Below are positions 20,957 to 33,667 of a DNA stretch of 64,000 nt, piece by piece; position 1 is the first letter of the stretch, and the number at the start of each line of letters is the position of its first letter. The translations under genes and the position numbers were made by a program. The stretch is taken from assembly GCA_052426225.1 (NCBI GenBank), contig JBNJNM010000009.1, forward strand, positions 248,001 to 312,000. The letters are read 5' to 3'. The DNA comes from Zancudomyces culisetae HAW-14-8 (taxonomy: Eukaryota > Fungi > Kickxellomycota). The notes beneath the pieces are model-generated. The model saw only the letters and a program-made list of their open reading frames with translations. It was not told where the DNA came from and did not search any database.

Positions 20957-23347
20957 ATGATGATCCAAACAAAATCAGAAAGTGAAAAGTCAACCAGTAG
21001 TTGTGGAAAGCGAAAAAGGTCAAAACCAAATATCGGCAATGCTTATAAAAGGCACATATTACGGTTCCGGTTTGGTGTGAAAAGGGAAATAAAGAGGTGG
21101 ACAGCAAATGAGATCCTGTATCAAAAGCTCAAAGGTATAGAACGAAAGGTTAAAAAATTAGACAAACAAGTCAAAAGAAAGAAAAACGTCTCCAAGAGGA
21201 ACATCAATCAAAACATAAAGAGTGAAACACACAATTTGATGACAAAAGTTTGCACCATTGATGTAAACATCCAAAATGATATTAGCAGGGATTCAGAGGA
21301 TATAGAGCTATCAAAACTCCTGCGAGATGTAATAGACGTGCTTGTGGATAGGTTTATATATCGCTATCCTTTGCTTGCAAATGTTGTAAGGATTCCTCAG
21401 TTTATACAAAACATAAAGTGTTTTCAAGTACCGAAATACGTAGTTTGTACTTTTTTGCTGGTGGGATCAACTCTATTAAAAGATGGAAAGTTTTCCAGGG
21501 TATTTACTGAGGAGAGGCGTAAACGGACGTTGAATTATGTAACTGAGCATATGGTAACAGTAATCAGCAATCCAGATTGTTTGAGTATATGGACAATGCT
21601 AGTGTTAGCCAGATATTATACAGCACTTGGAATCCTGTCACAATTTAAAAAATATGTACACTTAGCGGCCAGGCTGGTGATTTCAATGAAATTGCATAGA
21701 GTTGATGCATATTGCATCAACACCTCCGCTAATCAGAGTGAGGATTTGATGGTAGAGAAGGAACTTAAGCGACGCCTTTGGTGGTGCTTGTACATTTTCT
21801 CCATATTATTATCTGAAGCAGTATCGATCCAACCTTCAATACAACTGAAGGACGTATTTGTAAACTTACCAAGTAATGATCGTCTGTGGCATACAGATTC
21901 AAAATTCACCCTTTCAAAAACCAACTCAGCAAAAAGAGGTGACATGATTCCAAGCAGTGAAGGAGAATTCAAATTTGATACATTTGCTTCATATGTGATG
22001 CTGTTCAAAATAAGACATGCAAATGTAACTTTTATTAACCGGAGGGAGAGTATGATAGCAAAGGATATGGATAAAGACTATCGGTGTTATTTGAGAATGT
22101 TCACAAACTCCATGCAGTTTCAGGAGAGTGTCGTGGTGAAATTTCACAATGAGTTGAAAAAAATATTGGTATTTGGAGTACGCAACCCAGATATAGTCAA
22201 CACAATGAATATTGAATACTTTATACTACGCTACTGTACGCTGATACTGCACACCTTTATGGCAAATATACATATTGGTACATCAGAGGTAGCTTACTAT
22301 GAAAACGTGAATATCCCACCAAATAGGGTAAAATTGGCTAAAATAATGCTAATCGAGAACACTATTCGCTTTACAGAGATATTCCATTGGCTAATGTCGA
22401 ACTTTTCACTTGATAAGTTTGATGTGGAACTGAATCACATGGCCTTTCGCGCCTTTAAATATCTAACCAATATGGAATACATCAAAGATCTGAATAGACA
22501 CAATGCAATCATAAATGGAAAAAATGTAGTAACTCAATACTTTGAAACGCTTAAATCAACATCTTTATTAGCAAAAACGTATTTCTATTTGCTTATTAAC
22601 TTTTCAATCATAAAAAAAAGCTATGACAAGGCCAACGCCAAATTTAGGAACATCCCTTCAGATTTTGCACTGAAAATGCTTTCTCCGTATGACTACAGTC
22701 CGTGGTTGATTCCAAATGGAAGCAGCTATCTCAAAAATGCATGTTGCCATGGTTCACCAAATACAGAAGTTCATGACCCGTTCCTGTTAAATAGAATTTC
22801 AGCAAAAAGGAATCTGAATAGAGATAAAGTATTTTTATCGCGATTGGTTAGTGAAGCCAGTAAAAAGCAATTTATAACAGCAGTTGATTTGAAAACAATA
22901 ACCAAAGAATCAGACAAGCTCTATACTTCATTTGAAAGTCTAAGCATCTCAACACAGCCATTCGGGAAATACAGTATTCGCAACATCAGCTACCCAACTC
23001 TCGATAATGATCCTAAAGACTTTTATGTAAAGGTTTTAGACTCTGGCGCACACCCCCAAAATATCATGTTGCTTAAGCAGTGCAAAGAAATGGTTGAGCG
23101 TGTATTTTACCTCATTGTGTGCAAAGATACCAACTATATGTATAAAAATCAGCATCCTATCTTTGACCAAAGTTTAGGCTTTTCCAATTATAGGGAAGCT
23201 TTTTCGAGCTTTAACTTTACTGAACTATTGTACAACCCCACTAAACAAGCACAGAGAAATGATGCAACTCGTGGATGTGAATCTATCAATAAAAATCACA
23301 CATATTCCAGCTTTGACTCGGCTATGAACTCTACGAGTTGTGCTTAA
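20957..23347 (+). CDS. Fungal-specific transcription factor (middle homology region / Fungal_trans) without a Zn2Cys6 domain
   Basis: HLAARLVISMKLHRVD...EKELKRRLWWCLYIFS..SIQLKDVFVNLP is the Fungal_trans signature. First ATG is at 20957 (track starts at TTG 20948); TATATAAA at 20869-20876. Confidence 0.8.
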   Translation: MMIQTKSESEKSTSSCGKRKRSKPNIGNAYKRHILRFRFGVKREIKRWTANEILYQKLKGIERKVKKLDKQVKRKKNVSKRNINQNIKSETHNLMTKVCTIDVNIQNDISRDSEDIELSKLLRDVIDVLVDRFIYRYPLLANVVRIPQFIQNIKCFQVPKYVVCTFLLVGSTLLKDGKFSRVFTEERRKRTLNYVTEHMVTVISNPDCLSIWTMLVLARYYTALGILSQFKKYVHLAARLVISMKLHRVDAYCINTSANQSEDLMVEKELKRRLWWCLYIFSILLSEAVSIQPSIQLKDVFVNLPSNDRLWHTDSKFTLSKTNSAKRGDMIPSSEGEFKFDTFASYVMLFKIRHANVTFINRRESMIAKDMDKDYRCYLRMFTNSMQFQESVVVKFHNELKKILVFGVRNPDIVNTMNIEYFILRYCTLILHTFMANIHIGTSEVAYYENVNIPPNRVKLAKIMLIENTIRFTEIFHWLMSNFSLDKFDVELNHMAFRAFKYLTNMEYIKDLNRHNAIINGKNVVTQYFETLKSTSLLAKTYFYLLINFSIIKKSYDKANAKFRNIPSDFALKMLSPYDYSPWLIPNGSSYLKNACCHGSPNTEVHDPFLLNRISAKRNLNRDKVFLSRLVSEASKKQFITAVDLKTITKESDKLYTSFESLSISTQPFGKYSIRNISYPTLDNDPKDFYVKVLDSGAHPQNIMLLKQCKEMVERVFYLIVCKDTNYMYKNQHPIFDQSLGFSNYREAFSSFNFTELLYNPTKQAQRNDATRGCESINKNHTYSSFDSAMNSTSCA

Positions 23348-25088
23348 ACCTATCACTGTGTAATATATGCCAGTATGAATATTAGGATCATGTCCGGTGA
23401 ATCACTGTATATGTTCTGCTATTCAGTCAGTATAATATCGCGTTTTTATTTATCAAGTAGGTACATCAAGAAGTATTTTATATGATTGGTATGTCCTTAG
23501 CCAGTCTATGTTGTAATTTTACTAGTCAAGCTTGAATTTCAAATGGCTACCAGCCACCAGCTATCATACAATATTTACTAAAAGAAAAAGTAGAGAATAA
23601 AGTGCCATAAAAAACAAGTAACCAAGGTTAGTTGTGGTATTTTGTGGTATTTTACAGTTTTCGACTGATGTAGCGTCCTAAAGCTGACACTGTTTACATC
23701 GACCCTAAAGGAAATACTCAAACAAAGCTGTGACTCCTTCTAACAGTTTGACCAATTTTTTATACTTTAACCTTAACTGGGGCTGATCGTTTTAGAGTGT
23801 CAAAGGCAAAAATGCCAAAATGTAATATATGAAATAAATATCTCCAGCCAAGAGAGTGGGTGTACAGGGATTTAGTAGTGTATATGTATGATTTACGTAA
23901 CTAAATACACTACATGGCCGGGTTTCTGGTGTTATAAGCGTAAACCTGTTGGTGGTATAGCATTAGACGCGAGGGTTATTTAATACTGCACCATAAACCA
24001 ACCACATATTCATAATTTTTAGTGTTAATAACATCTATTTGCACTGATGGCTGTTTTTATTTGTGGTATTAGGCCAAGTTGGTATTGGTTTTCTGGATTC
24101 TATGTGTATTTTAGGACCAACTTTTCGTCTTTTCTAACACTTTTTAGTTAATATTTTTTCGGATGTTTCAATAGATAAAACATTGGTAATTTAAAAGTAC
24201 ATTTTTCGATGGACCTTTTCACATGATTTAGGAAAGTAGAGTAATGGTTGAAAATATGTAATAAGTAGAGTGATTAGAAAAGGTTCACGAATCTAAATTT
24301 TCAGGTTGAAAACAGTGTTATTCTAGTTGGAAATCGCTCAAGTTATACAAAAAAAGAAGAAAAGAAAAAAGGTCGAAAGTTTGGAAACAAGGGGCATGTT
24401 GGTTTCAAAAAATAGACTGATCTAGCAAGGAGAAGGAGAGGGGTGGAATGGAAGCACAGTGCGAGATAAAGAAATCACGAGTGCAAGCTACCAACAACCA
24501 AATGGAGCATAAACAGCTCACATAGTATGGACGAGTCAATGTAATGGCCTATATATTTTTGACTTTTTGTAGTTGAATTAACATATGATTTATACTAACA
24601 CACGCAGAGAGAAGTGAATGTTTGCACCTAACTTGGGAGTTTTTTTATGAAAATAATGAGCTAGTTGAATAAGGATAAAGTTGATGATTTACTTTTTTAA
24701 TTCGAATGCCAAGGCTAAATCTGTTACTGGAAACAGAGTTTTATTTGGAGGTGGTGGCTCAAGTACCTCCAAAAAAAAAACCAACCCAAACCAAACCAAA
24801 CCAAGCCAACTCAAAACCAAGAGCAAAGGCTGTGTGTGGGTGTTAATATTATCGCCGATTCAGGCCAAATGACGCGAATAAGAACGTTGGGATATCATTA
24901 ATAGCCGAAAGAACAAGAAATAAGCCAATAGCCCTAATATTTGTCATTATCCTGTGCACACCATTCGTCCAGTTTCACAGTGACCACAATCTATGAGGGT
25001 AATGTACGCTTTTTATTATCAAGAAATTATCAATCAATTTCCCATATTTTAGCTTTTATGTTGGATCATTGAGATAATTCTGAGATTG

Positions 25089-25154
25089 CATTGCGATAAC
25101 ATTGCGATAACATTTCGAAAACATTACAATAACATTGCGAAAACATTGCGAAAA
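25089..25154 (+). repeat. 11-bp minisatellite (CATTGCGAWAA) x6
   Basis: Units cattgcgataa, cattgcgataa, catttcgaaaa, cattacaataa, cattgcgaaaa, cattgcgaaaa. Confidence 0.85.
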
Positions 25155-25665
25155 CGTTAGCAAGAAAAGTGCAAGATCATTGGAGTAAAGGTTATTTTTA
25201 TTTTTACTGTTGTTTTGGGGATTTTTTTCTGTATTCTGACATAATTGGTGAAAAACTGGCTTTCACTCGGGAATAGAAAAAAAAAGGCGGAAAACAAACA
25301 CACAGGATTTGCTTTTACCCGATTTTCAAGCAAATCAAAAAAAAAGTGGGACACGCTAGAATAACTTGTTATCACATCATTTTACTTGTGCAATCAATGG
25401 TGTTTTTTTGCTCAGTTAATGGTGTTAGGAGATTAGAAAACCGACCTTTACTAGATGGTACAAGTTTTTAACAATCCAACTCGAATAATAAAAGTCATTG
25501 AAGCTCAAAGAAAAAATTTTTTTTCCATTGTTATTTTTTTTTGTTCAAAATACAAAAGAAACAGACCCTGCACATTAATTACTAATTTTTTTTTATAGTT
25601 TGAGTTTGAGTGTTTACATTTTCTTTAATTTCACCCAGCGACGAAATATCAAAATAAAGTGAAAA

Positions 25666-26808
25666 ATGGTCTACGAAAGGTTAATAAAGGGTCAGCCAGA
25701 TACGCTTGAATACAAAGTGTATTTGACCAAAGATGGAAAGAAAATCTCACCTTTCCATGATGTTCCATTGTATGCCGACAAGGAAAAGAAGATTTTCAAC
25801 ATGGTAGTTGAAATTCCCCGCTGGACAAATGCAAAGCTTGAGGTAGGCTAAGAACAATATTCAATAGAGTTTAGTTGGTGTATTTGAACAGGTGGTTGTT
25901 GATGGAGGCGGGGGAAGTGAACTCGTAATTTGGATTTTTGGACAAAGCCTTTTTTTCTTTTAGAAATGTGTTAAAACTGATTGAAAAAGAGCAAAAAAAC
26001 ATAGTATTCTATAACAGATTGAATAACGCTTAATAGATCAAAACCGGCGAAGCATTCAACCCAATTGTACAGGATGTAAAGAACGGCAAACTTCGATACG
26101 TCAAGAACACATTCCCACATCTTGGATATATCTGGAACTATGGAGCTTTTCCACAGGTACTTGAATAATTTGAATAAGACTTAAATAAGCAGAGTTAGTA
26201 GAGTAGAATTGAGTAAAGACAAAAATAATAATAAATAATAGACATGGGAAGACCCAGGAGAAGTAAGCCATGACACTGGATGTAAAGGAGACAAAGATCC
26301 AGTTGATGTTTTGGAAATAGGAGAGAAGCTGGGATATGCAGGACAGGTTAAACAAGTAAAGGTTCTCGGAGTTCTTGCTCTTATTGACGAGGGTGAGACT
26401 GATTGGAAGATACTGGCAATTGATGTAACCGACCCATTGGCAGCCAAGCTCAATGATATTGAAGATATACAAGAGGAGATGCCAGGACTTCTCAAAGCCA
26501 CCGTTGAATGGTTTAGACTATACAAGGTTCCTGATGGTAAAAAGGAAAACGAGTTTGCGTTTGGTGGAAATGCCAAGGGCAGAGATTTTGCTCTTAACGT
26601 TATTGAGGAAACTCATGCGTTCTGGAACACATTAATACAAAAACCATCCAACACTTACGGTATCTCCACTGTAAACTCGACTCTTTCCACCACTCCTTCA
26701 TTTGAAAAGGATGCCGAGCTTTCACATTCTGAATCTGAAGATGTTATTGGTGCTCCTAAAATCGACCAAGCATTATACAAGTGGTACTATTACAAACCAA
26801 AATACTAG
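25666..26808 (+). CDS. IPP1: Soluble inorganic pyrophosphatase, 3 exons (25666-25842, 26037-26156, 26242-26808), 287 aa
   Basis: [21 protein letters not shown]|[19 protein letters not shown]|[34 protein letters not shown]. Both GT-AG introns are phase 0. Confidence 0.97.
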
Positions 26809-27317
26809 ATTTCTTCATTACTTTTTTCTTGTCTTGTCCTATTTTTTTTCTTTTATTTTTCTCTTTATGTTGGAATAGTATTGTGTATTTCCTGTAATAA
26901 AGACTTTTAGTGTTAATACCAACATATCATGGACTTGTTTTACACTACTTCCTATTAGTTTATTCCTCTTTTTTATCCCACAAATATTTGTTGGATCCAT
27001 AAGCCTTTTATTTTTTTCATTAGATATGTTTTGGGTTGAAATTAAAGTTTTTGTTTTCTAATCTCAAAAAGTATTTGTCATACGCGTGTTCAACGCTGTC
27101 CAATAATTTACAAGACATATGATTTCTAAGCATCTAATTGAATTCACGTATATATATTTTTTGCCAACCCAAGCTGTTGAAAAAAAAAATATTAAATCGG
27201 AAAAAATATTTACAAGACCTGAAAAAAAAGCTACATTAAATAGTGAATACATTGAAAGTTAAAAAGATAAAAGGCAAAAAGGGAAAAAGAGGAAGAATGA
27301 AAAACTAAAGAGAAAAA

Positions 27318-29190
27318 ATGGCAACCGTAGATATCGTAGTAATAGGGTTGTCATTAGTGGGGTTTTATTATTTTGCGCGACAGTATTTGGCGACATGGTT
27401 GGTAGAAACTGTGGACGTGGTGGATATAGTGAAAAACCAGAATAGCAAGCGAAATAGTTTTATGGAAATCATTAATGTCGAAAAGAGTAAGTGAAATGGT
27501 CAATTAATAAACATAATAAGGATAAGGGGGGGGGGTGAGAGTGAGTGAGTGAGTAGTTGAACCAAGGAATCAACAAAACAGACTAACAAATAAATAAAAA
27601 ACAATGCAAATAGGACAAAGGAATACAAAGACAGATCGGTACAACTTTGTGTTGGGAATTTTTTCGCTGACGTTGGCAATAAGCTGCACAATGTTCGAGT
27701 TGATAGTATTTGAGGTTGGAGAAATACTGACACGGGAGGTACGGTATGTAATGTGGAAGGTGTTATTGTGGGCATTGTTGGCAGTGGTGTTGCTTGTGAT
27801 TCCATATTTCCAGGGATACACTTTGCTGAGGAACATTAGGATTATGAAAAGTAGAAGGGGGCGGATGTTATTGTCGGTAGTGGTGTGGGGGGTGTTATTT
27901 TACTTGTTTTGGAGAGTAGGTGGGTTGTTTCCGTTTAATGCCAAAAGCAAAAAAATTCTAGGGGTGAGAACAAGTATTGGGATGGATTTAGTGGGAGATA
28001 TTACGTTATCTGCGGCAAAAGCGGCATCCAACAACAGCGAGAAGGAGGGTGGATACGGTGGTATAGTCGGGTATTGGCAAGCCTTTCCAAAAGAGTCGAT
28101 TATATTTCGAGTTGGGGTGATTGGTGTGACTATAATGGCCGTGCTGGCAGGATTTGGAGCGGTAAACAATCCGTATTCTGCCATTGTGGTATTTGGAAAG
28201 GACATAAGCAAAGAGCAAATCAAATTTGCGCAGCATCAGCTGGAGGCAACGAAGGTCACCATCAACAAACTGGTTAAAGAAATAGAGCGACATGAGAAAC
28301 CAAATGTTACACAAACACAAACACAAACACAAACAGCTAGGGATAACAGTCATGCTGGTGCTGAAATGGAAGTGAGTACTAATTTGCTGAACCGCTTTTT
28401 CAGCAACACAATTGGGTACTACAGCCATTACTACCAGTCAGGATTTACACTGGACAATAAAAAAAGGGAGTTGCGTAATCTTGAGAGCTTTTATGAGCAG
28501 CTCGACTACGACCTCCAATGTTTGGTCTTTGAGCGCATCAAATTTGAGGCTTCAATTACCACAGTAGGCAAGCTGAAGAATGTGTTGGGCTATTTTTTCA
28601 GTGTATATTGTGTCTACAAGCTGTATTCATGCACAGCGAACATTGTATTCCACAACACTGTTTCTGCTACCAAGACCGATCCCATTACCTCAACCTTTCT
28701 TTATCTTGCATCTAACTATGATCTATCTTCTACCAATGTCCGCTTCTGGTCACAACAATTCAGCTTTATTACTGTCTTTGTGATGGTGTTTTGCTCCATT
28801 CGTGGCCTGCTAATCCAAACCTACAAAGTCATTCACTTCTTTACTCGCTACATTTCCATCAACAACATTATTCTGTTTGTTTCTCAAATCATCGGCATGT
28901 ATTCACTTGCGAATATGCTGATGATCCGCTCGAATATCCCTGTGCGCCACCGCTCCTTGATTTCTGATGCCATTGGCTCCGCCTTTGAATTTAACTTTTT
29001 TTTCCGCTGGTTTGATGTCATTTTTGTGTTTAGCGCCATATTCTCCCTTTTGATTTTGTTTTTCTTCCACCAATTTCAGCGGGACAAGTTTGATTCAATC
29101 AACTGTTCGCTGCAGTCCTCCATTGACTATAACTTCTCTACCACACCTGATCTCCTTAACAGCCATGACTCTGTACAGATATACCAGTAG
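27318..29190 (+). CDS. GPR89: Golgi pH regulator (GPHR/GPR89) family, 2 exons (27318-27486, 27614-29190), 581 aa
   Basis: SCTMFELIVFEV, RVGVIGVTIMAVLAGFGAVNNPY, GYFFSVYCVYK, DPIT, FNFFFRWFDVIF. Intron GTAAGT..GACTAAC..AATAG joins in phase 1. Confidence 0.92.
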
Positions 29191-30470
29191 TTTAGTCTGT
29201 GGCTGATGGGAGGACAGAAGAGAAGGGCTTGACTTTGATTTTTTGTAAATTAGCTAACCTATCATATGACTTTTGTTAATTTAATTATTTTTTTTTTGGC
29301 TCTAATACAATTTTCCACTTTACCTCCCCCCTCTGCCCTTCAATGCCTTTTTTTTTTCTCTTTTCCCTCCTCTAGACCTTCTTTTTTTTTCTACCCTCTC
29401 ACATCCTGTTTCCTGTCCCCCCCCACCTCATGTTATTTTTTTTAAAATTGCTATTAATCTAGATTTGTAAGTAAATCAATCCATATCCAAACTTGAACAT
29501 CATGTTTCACATTCAATGGACTAATTAAAACATCAAAGATTTTTTTACTTTGGGAAAAAGGGGGGAAAGTGCTGGTGGGTAATGGGAAAATGTGTAGATT
29601 TGTATATTCGAGAATAAAAACTAGGCAGTGTATATAAATATAGATACACGTTGAATGGTATTAAGGCGCATGCGAGGTAAATGCAACTACTAACAGGTAA
29701 AGAAGAGGGAGGATCTTCGTGAGAGGCATGGAATACTATTTTTGTTATTTTTTTTATTGTTGGTGTGGAGTTGGAATGGAAATTTTAAAGTGACTAGCAA
29801 ATTTAATTTTTTGGTAAAAACTAAAAAAAGGAACTCTTTAAAAATAAAAGTAAAAGTAAAAAGTAAACAAAAAAATAAAAAATAGTGCTAAATCTGAAAT
29901 TGATTTTTTGTAGTCGAGAATTACTACCACACTCTCGTAATTCCATGTAGCATTTGGTGAGTCAATTTACTTTTCAATTTAATTGTAATAATAACAAATT
30001 GAAATCAAAATTAATTGAGGGAAAAAAATGGCAACACTATTGTAATTCGAACTAATTTTTTCATATCCCATTTTATATTTGTTTATTTATTCTCTTTTTA
30101 CCAAGTTAACTTTGATTAATGAAAAGAAACCCGAACAAATTTGCAGAGTTTTTTTTTCCATTATTTTTTTTCCGCATATGTATTTGCAAAATAAAGGAAT
30201 TTCAAGGTGTGCATTTTAGAAAGTGTATTAAATCAAGGCCTAAAAAGGGGGAGAATATATTTCAAAGAACACGAAATAAACTATTCTCTGTTGCAATTGT
30301 TAATTTATATGTTCACAACAAAAAAAAAGAACGTGCTTTGAAACGAATTTATATGGTGGATTATCGGTAAATAATCGCTACAAAGCTACAACATCAATCG
30401 CTAGATAGATAGAAAGATAAATAAAAAGCATAAAAAGATACACAAACGGGAAATATTTAGTATATATTCA

Positions 30471-31690
30471 ATGAATCTCAAAGGCAGGACAAAAAACCTG
30501 TTTTTTTCTACAGGTACGGTTAAATCCGACAAAAAAGAAACAACACTAGAAAAGCAGCTATCTATACTTGCTCAAGCACCGAAAAATGTACAGAAACAAA
30601 CGAAACAGAATCAGCAACATACATCACGGTTGAAACGGGGCCATCCAGAACAGGAAAGGGAAGAAGCGGACGAGGGAGAGGACGAAGACGAGGAGAACGA
30701 AGACGAAGATATTGATCGATCTACGGCACTGATAACTTTATATAATTTATTAAATGAATTGGCATATTTAAACAAGGAAAATAGAAGAAGCGCGGAAGAG
30801 CTGGCGCTAAAGTTTAGTGCACTACAGGCGAGTTTGTCTATTTTTGTTTATGTTGATAGATATCGAAATGTAGATTGTAAACATCTCGGCTTTAGTGTAA
30901 ATATAAACCCAGTGTTAAAATTTATTACTGTTTGAAATAGAACTGTTATGATAACTTGGAACAGAGAATTGAGAAAAACGAACTAGAAATCAAAAGAAAT
31001 AGAAAAATGTATAACAATCGACATATTGGCAGTATGGCAAGCAAACACTTTGAGTTTGAGAGAAAAAGCGACGAACACATTGTTAGAGATATCAGCGACA
31101 AGACTTCGCTGACCATTACTGAGGACAAGGCCGACGACTTGTACAGCGAGCTAGCTATCCCATCCGCCAGTAGATCCGCTCACGACAAACAAACCAAGCT
31201 AAGCTCTTTTGAGGATTCTTCGCCATCAATGCTTTTGTATGATTATACCAGCCTCAACTCTGATCTTTCTTCTTTGCCAAACCTCAATTCCTCGCCTCCC
31301 TCAAATCCCTCTCTGCCCTCTGCCACTGTCCCAACCGACTCCAGAACTCCTTTACATAAATCCGAATCTGCTTTTACTTACGACCAGCTATCTAGTTGCC
31401 TAGACACTATTACTTCTGGCGACTTTTTAACTTCCTTTAATTCTTCCAACCTCAACAATTCCTCTCTTCTCAATTCCGTTCCCTCTCTGAACCACAACAA
31501 TCAAAGTGCCGACTTTGTATCTCTAACCACAACTGTTGGTTCTTCTCCTAGTATTCCTGCCAACTTTAATCTTTCGCACACCTCCAGCTCACTTGTCTAC
31601 GAAAAGCCCAATACTACCCCTGCCACTACCACCACTGCTTCTGCTGCTGCTGTTACTGTTGTCTTTACTGATTCTTCAAGTAACAAGTAA
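30471..31690 (+). CDS. Hypothetical coiled-coil + S/T/P-rich protein, 2 exons (30471-30827, 30941-31690), ~368 aa, probable GC-AG intron
   Basis: Two ORF-track pieces join in phase 0 via CAG|GCGAGT..AAATAG, giving a continuous heptad LYNLLNELAYLNKENRRSAEELALKFSALQ|NCYDNLEQRIEKNE. Weak, unconfirmed resemblance to small fungal STRIPAK coiled-coil subunits. Confidence 0.65.
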
Positions 31691-32053
31691 ACCAAATACT
31701 TTTTTTTTCTTGTTTATTGTGTTTTATTTTCGCCATTTAGGCTCTTAGTGTTTGTGTTTATCTGTCACATTTGCCTTTTCTTCACACCTCTAGAATAGAC
31801 ATTTTGGCGTTGTTTTTTTTTGTTTTTTTTTACCATTTAATTTTTGGTTAATAACCAGTATTTTTTGGGCAGGGTAATCCTTGTAATTTTTTTTATTGCC
31901 AAATTTTATTTTCGCTAATATTTTTATTTACACTTTTATTTGTCCAACAAAACCTTAAACCCTGTTTAGATATGCAGGACAAGTAATATTAAAACGCAAA
32001 ATCAAAAGCATATCAAAACATAGAATAATGTATGTATACACACAGAGAATATT

Positions 32054-33226
32054 ATGGTAGAAATAGACACTCAACCAGCCGATTCAGACTATGCTGAAAA
32101 AAAAGCATTAGATTCACTTGCCACAAAAAATGTAAGTCTTTGGGATCCACATGCTCAAGTCACCCCACCTCTGGGTTCGCGGGCTATTTTCGCTGGAGGC
32201 AAGGGAATAGAGGCAGATATGAAAAAATACAAGCACTTGTTTGATAAAACACCCGATTTGAACGATTGTCTATACGGAAGATCGGCATACCCCTTTTGCC
32301 TAAGCAATTATTATGAGTATTTGACGGAAATGGAAAAAAATCAAGGCGATTTAGAATTCTGGCTGGAAATTAACAGGCTCTTGCCAGATGTCATTCAGAA
32401 GCAAACCGTAGTTCAAAATATTGAAAACACTGGCGATAAGAACAGCGACCATAGAAGTGCGGCGGTGACGCCCGTGTTGTACAATGAATACAACAGTCTC
32501 AAACCAGTGGCTGGAGTAACACCCTGCCGCTTGCACCGCCTGTGTAGGGCTATATTTACCGACACATCTGAGCACAGCGAGAAAGAACATAATGACGCAA
32601 TTAACCAGGGCATAGTGGAGGATATCTTCCACAAGTATATTTCCCAACCGCACAATCGCGGTCGTATTTTTATCCCACAGGAAATTCGCCAGGAAAGCGA
32701 GTCCGCATTGATGGCCTTCAAGAAAGAAACATCATCACCATCATCGTCATCGCCACCGCGCGATATGAACACCGTTGTTTCGTCACTTTCGCCAGCGTGC
32801 AACTTTGTGTATGCGACGATGAAATACGAGACGTTTCCACGATTTCTTTACGAATGTTATTACCACAACATTCGTCCCAAATCAACTCCTATTCGCTTTG
32901 CCTGCGGATTCTTCTTTCTGGTAGTGGCACTATGTACTGAATTTTCTCTACTGTTTACAAGCTCGGCGTCGCGTGGTTGGAGTTGGTTTTGCGTTATACC
33001 GTTTTTTCTCAGTTTCTACTCCCTTCTAACCGCCATTTTCCGCGTTGATTCGTTTTATGCCCTTGCAGCTAAATCAACAGGCTTTGATGGTAATGACAAC
33101 ACCATCCACAATGCAAATGCGCTGCGGAACCACCGTAAATATGCGCTTTTAATTTTACTCGCCTCCATTCTTTTAGCTGTATTTTTCTCTTTGATCTTCT
33201 TTTTCATTCCTGGTACTAGAATTTAG
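32054..33226 (+). CDS. RAX1: RGS-like domain + 3 TM helices, Rax1-like polarity protein, 390 aa
   Basis: PDLNDCLYGRSAYPFCLSNYYEYL..DLEFWLEI, IFHKYI, ETFPRFL..HNI, three C-terminal hydrophobic helices ending IPGTRI. Confidence 0.8.
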   Translation: MVEIDTQPADSDYAEKKALDSLATKNVSLWDPHAQVTPPLGSRAIFAGGKGIEADMKKYKHLFDKTPDLNDCLYGRSAYPFCLSNYYEYLTEMEKNQGDLEFWLEINRLLPDVIQKQTVVQNIENTGDKNSDHRSAAVTPVLYNEYNSLKPVAGVTPCRLHRLCRAIFTDTSEHSEKEHNDAINQGIVEDIFHKYISQPHNRGRIFIPQEIRQESESALMAFKKETSSPSSSSPPRDMNTVVSSLSPACNFVYATMKYETFPRFLYECYYHNIRPKSTPIRFACGFFFLVVALCTEFSLLFTSSASRGWSWFCVIPFFLSFYSLLTAIFRVDSFYALAAKSTGFDGNDNTIHNANALRNHRKYALLILLASILLAVFFSLIFFFIPGTRI

Positions 33227-33667
33227 TTCTTTTACATGTTGTATTTTGACACCTTTTTTATTATTTTCATTAATCTTGTACCAAGATAACACCATTCCTC
33301 CTTTTTTTTATCACAGTTTTAATAATTACTAGTATTATCTGTGTATATATTCTGCTTTTTTTAAATTTTACTCTTGTTCAAAACATCCTTTGGTCATCTC
33401 ACAATATAAAACTACAAGAATGTGAAATAGTTGACGGTAATTTTCATAGTGGTATATTAAGGCTGTGATCTATCAAGATAAACTAAACACTATTCAAAAG
33501 TACGTATAGTATGATTGTGAATTCGGAAACTATTGGTAAAGAAAAAAGAGGGAGAACAGGGAGGGAAACCTGTGTTATTTCCAGATGGATTGGCGCTCTT
33601 GCTAGTTTCTTGTCTCCCACACCCTACACTTATTGTGGTTGCAGTTGCAGTTGTTATATTTTTGGAT

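Noticed and set aside
25089-25154. CRISPR-like array
   Set aside because: Contiguous 11-bp units with no spacers, in a eukaryotic context.
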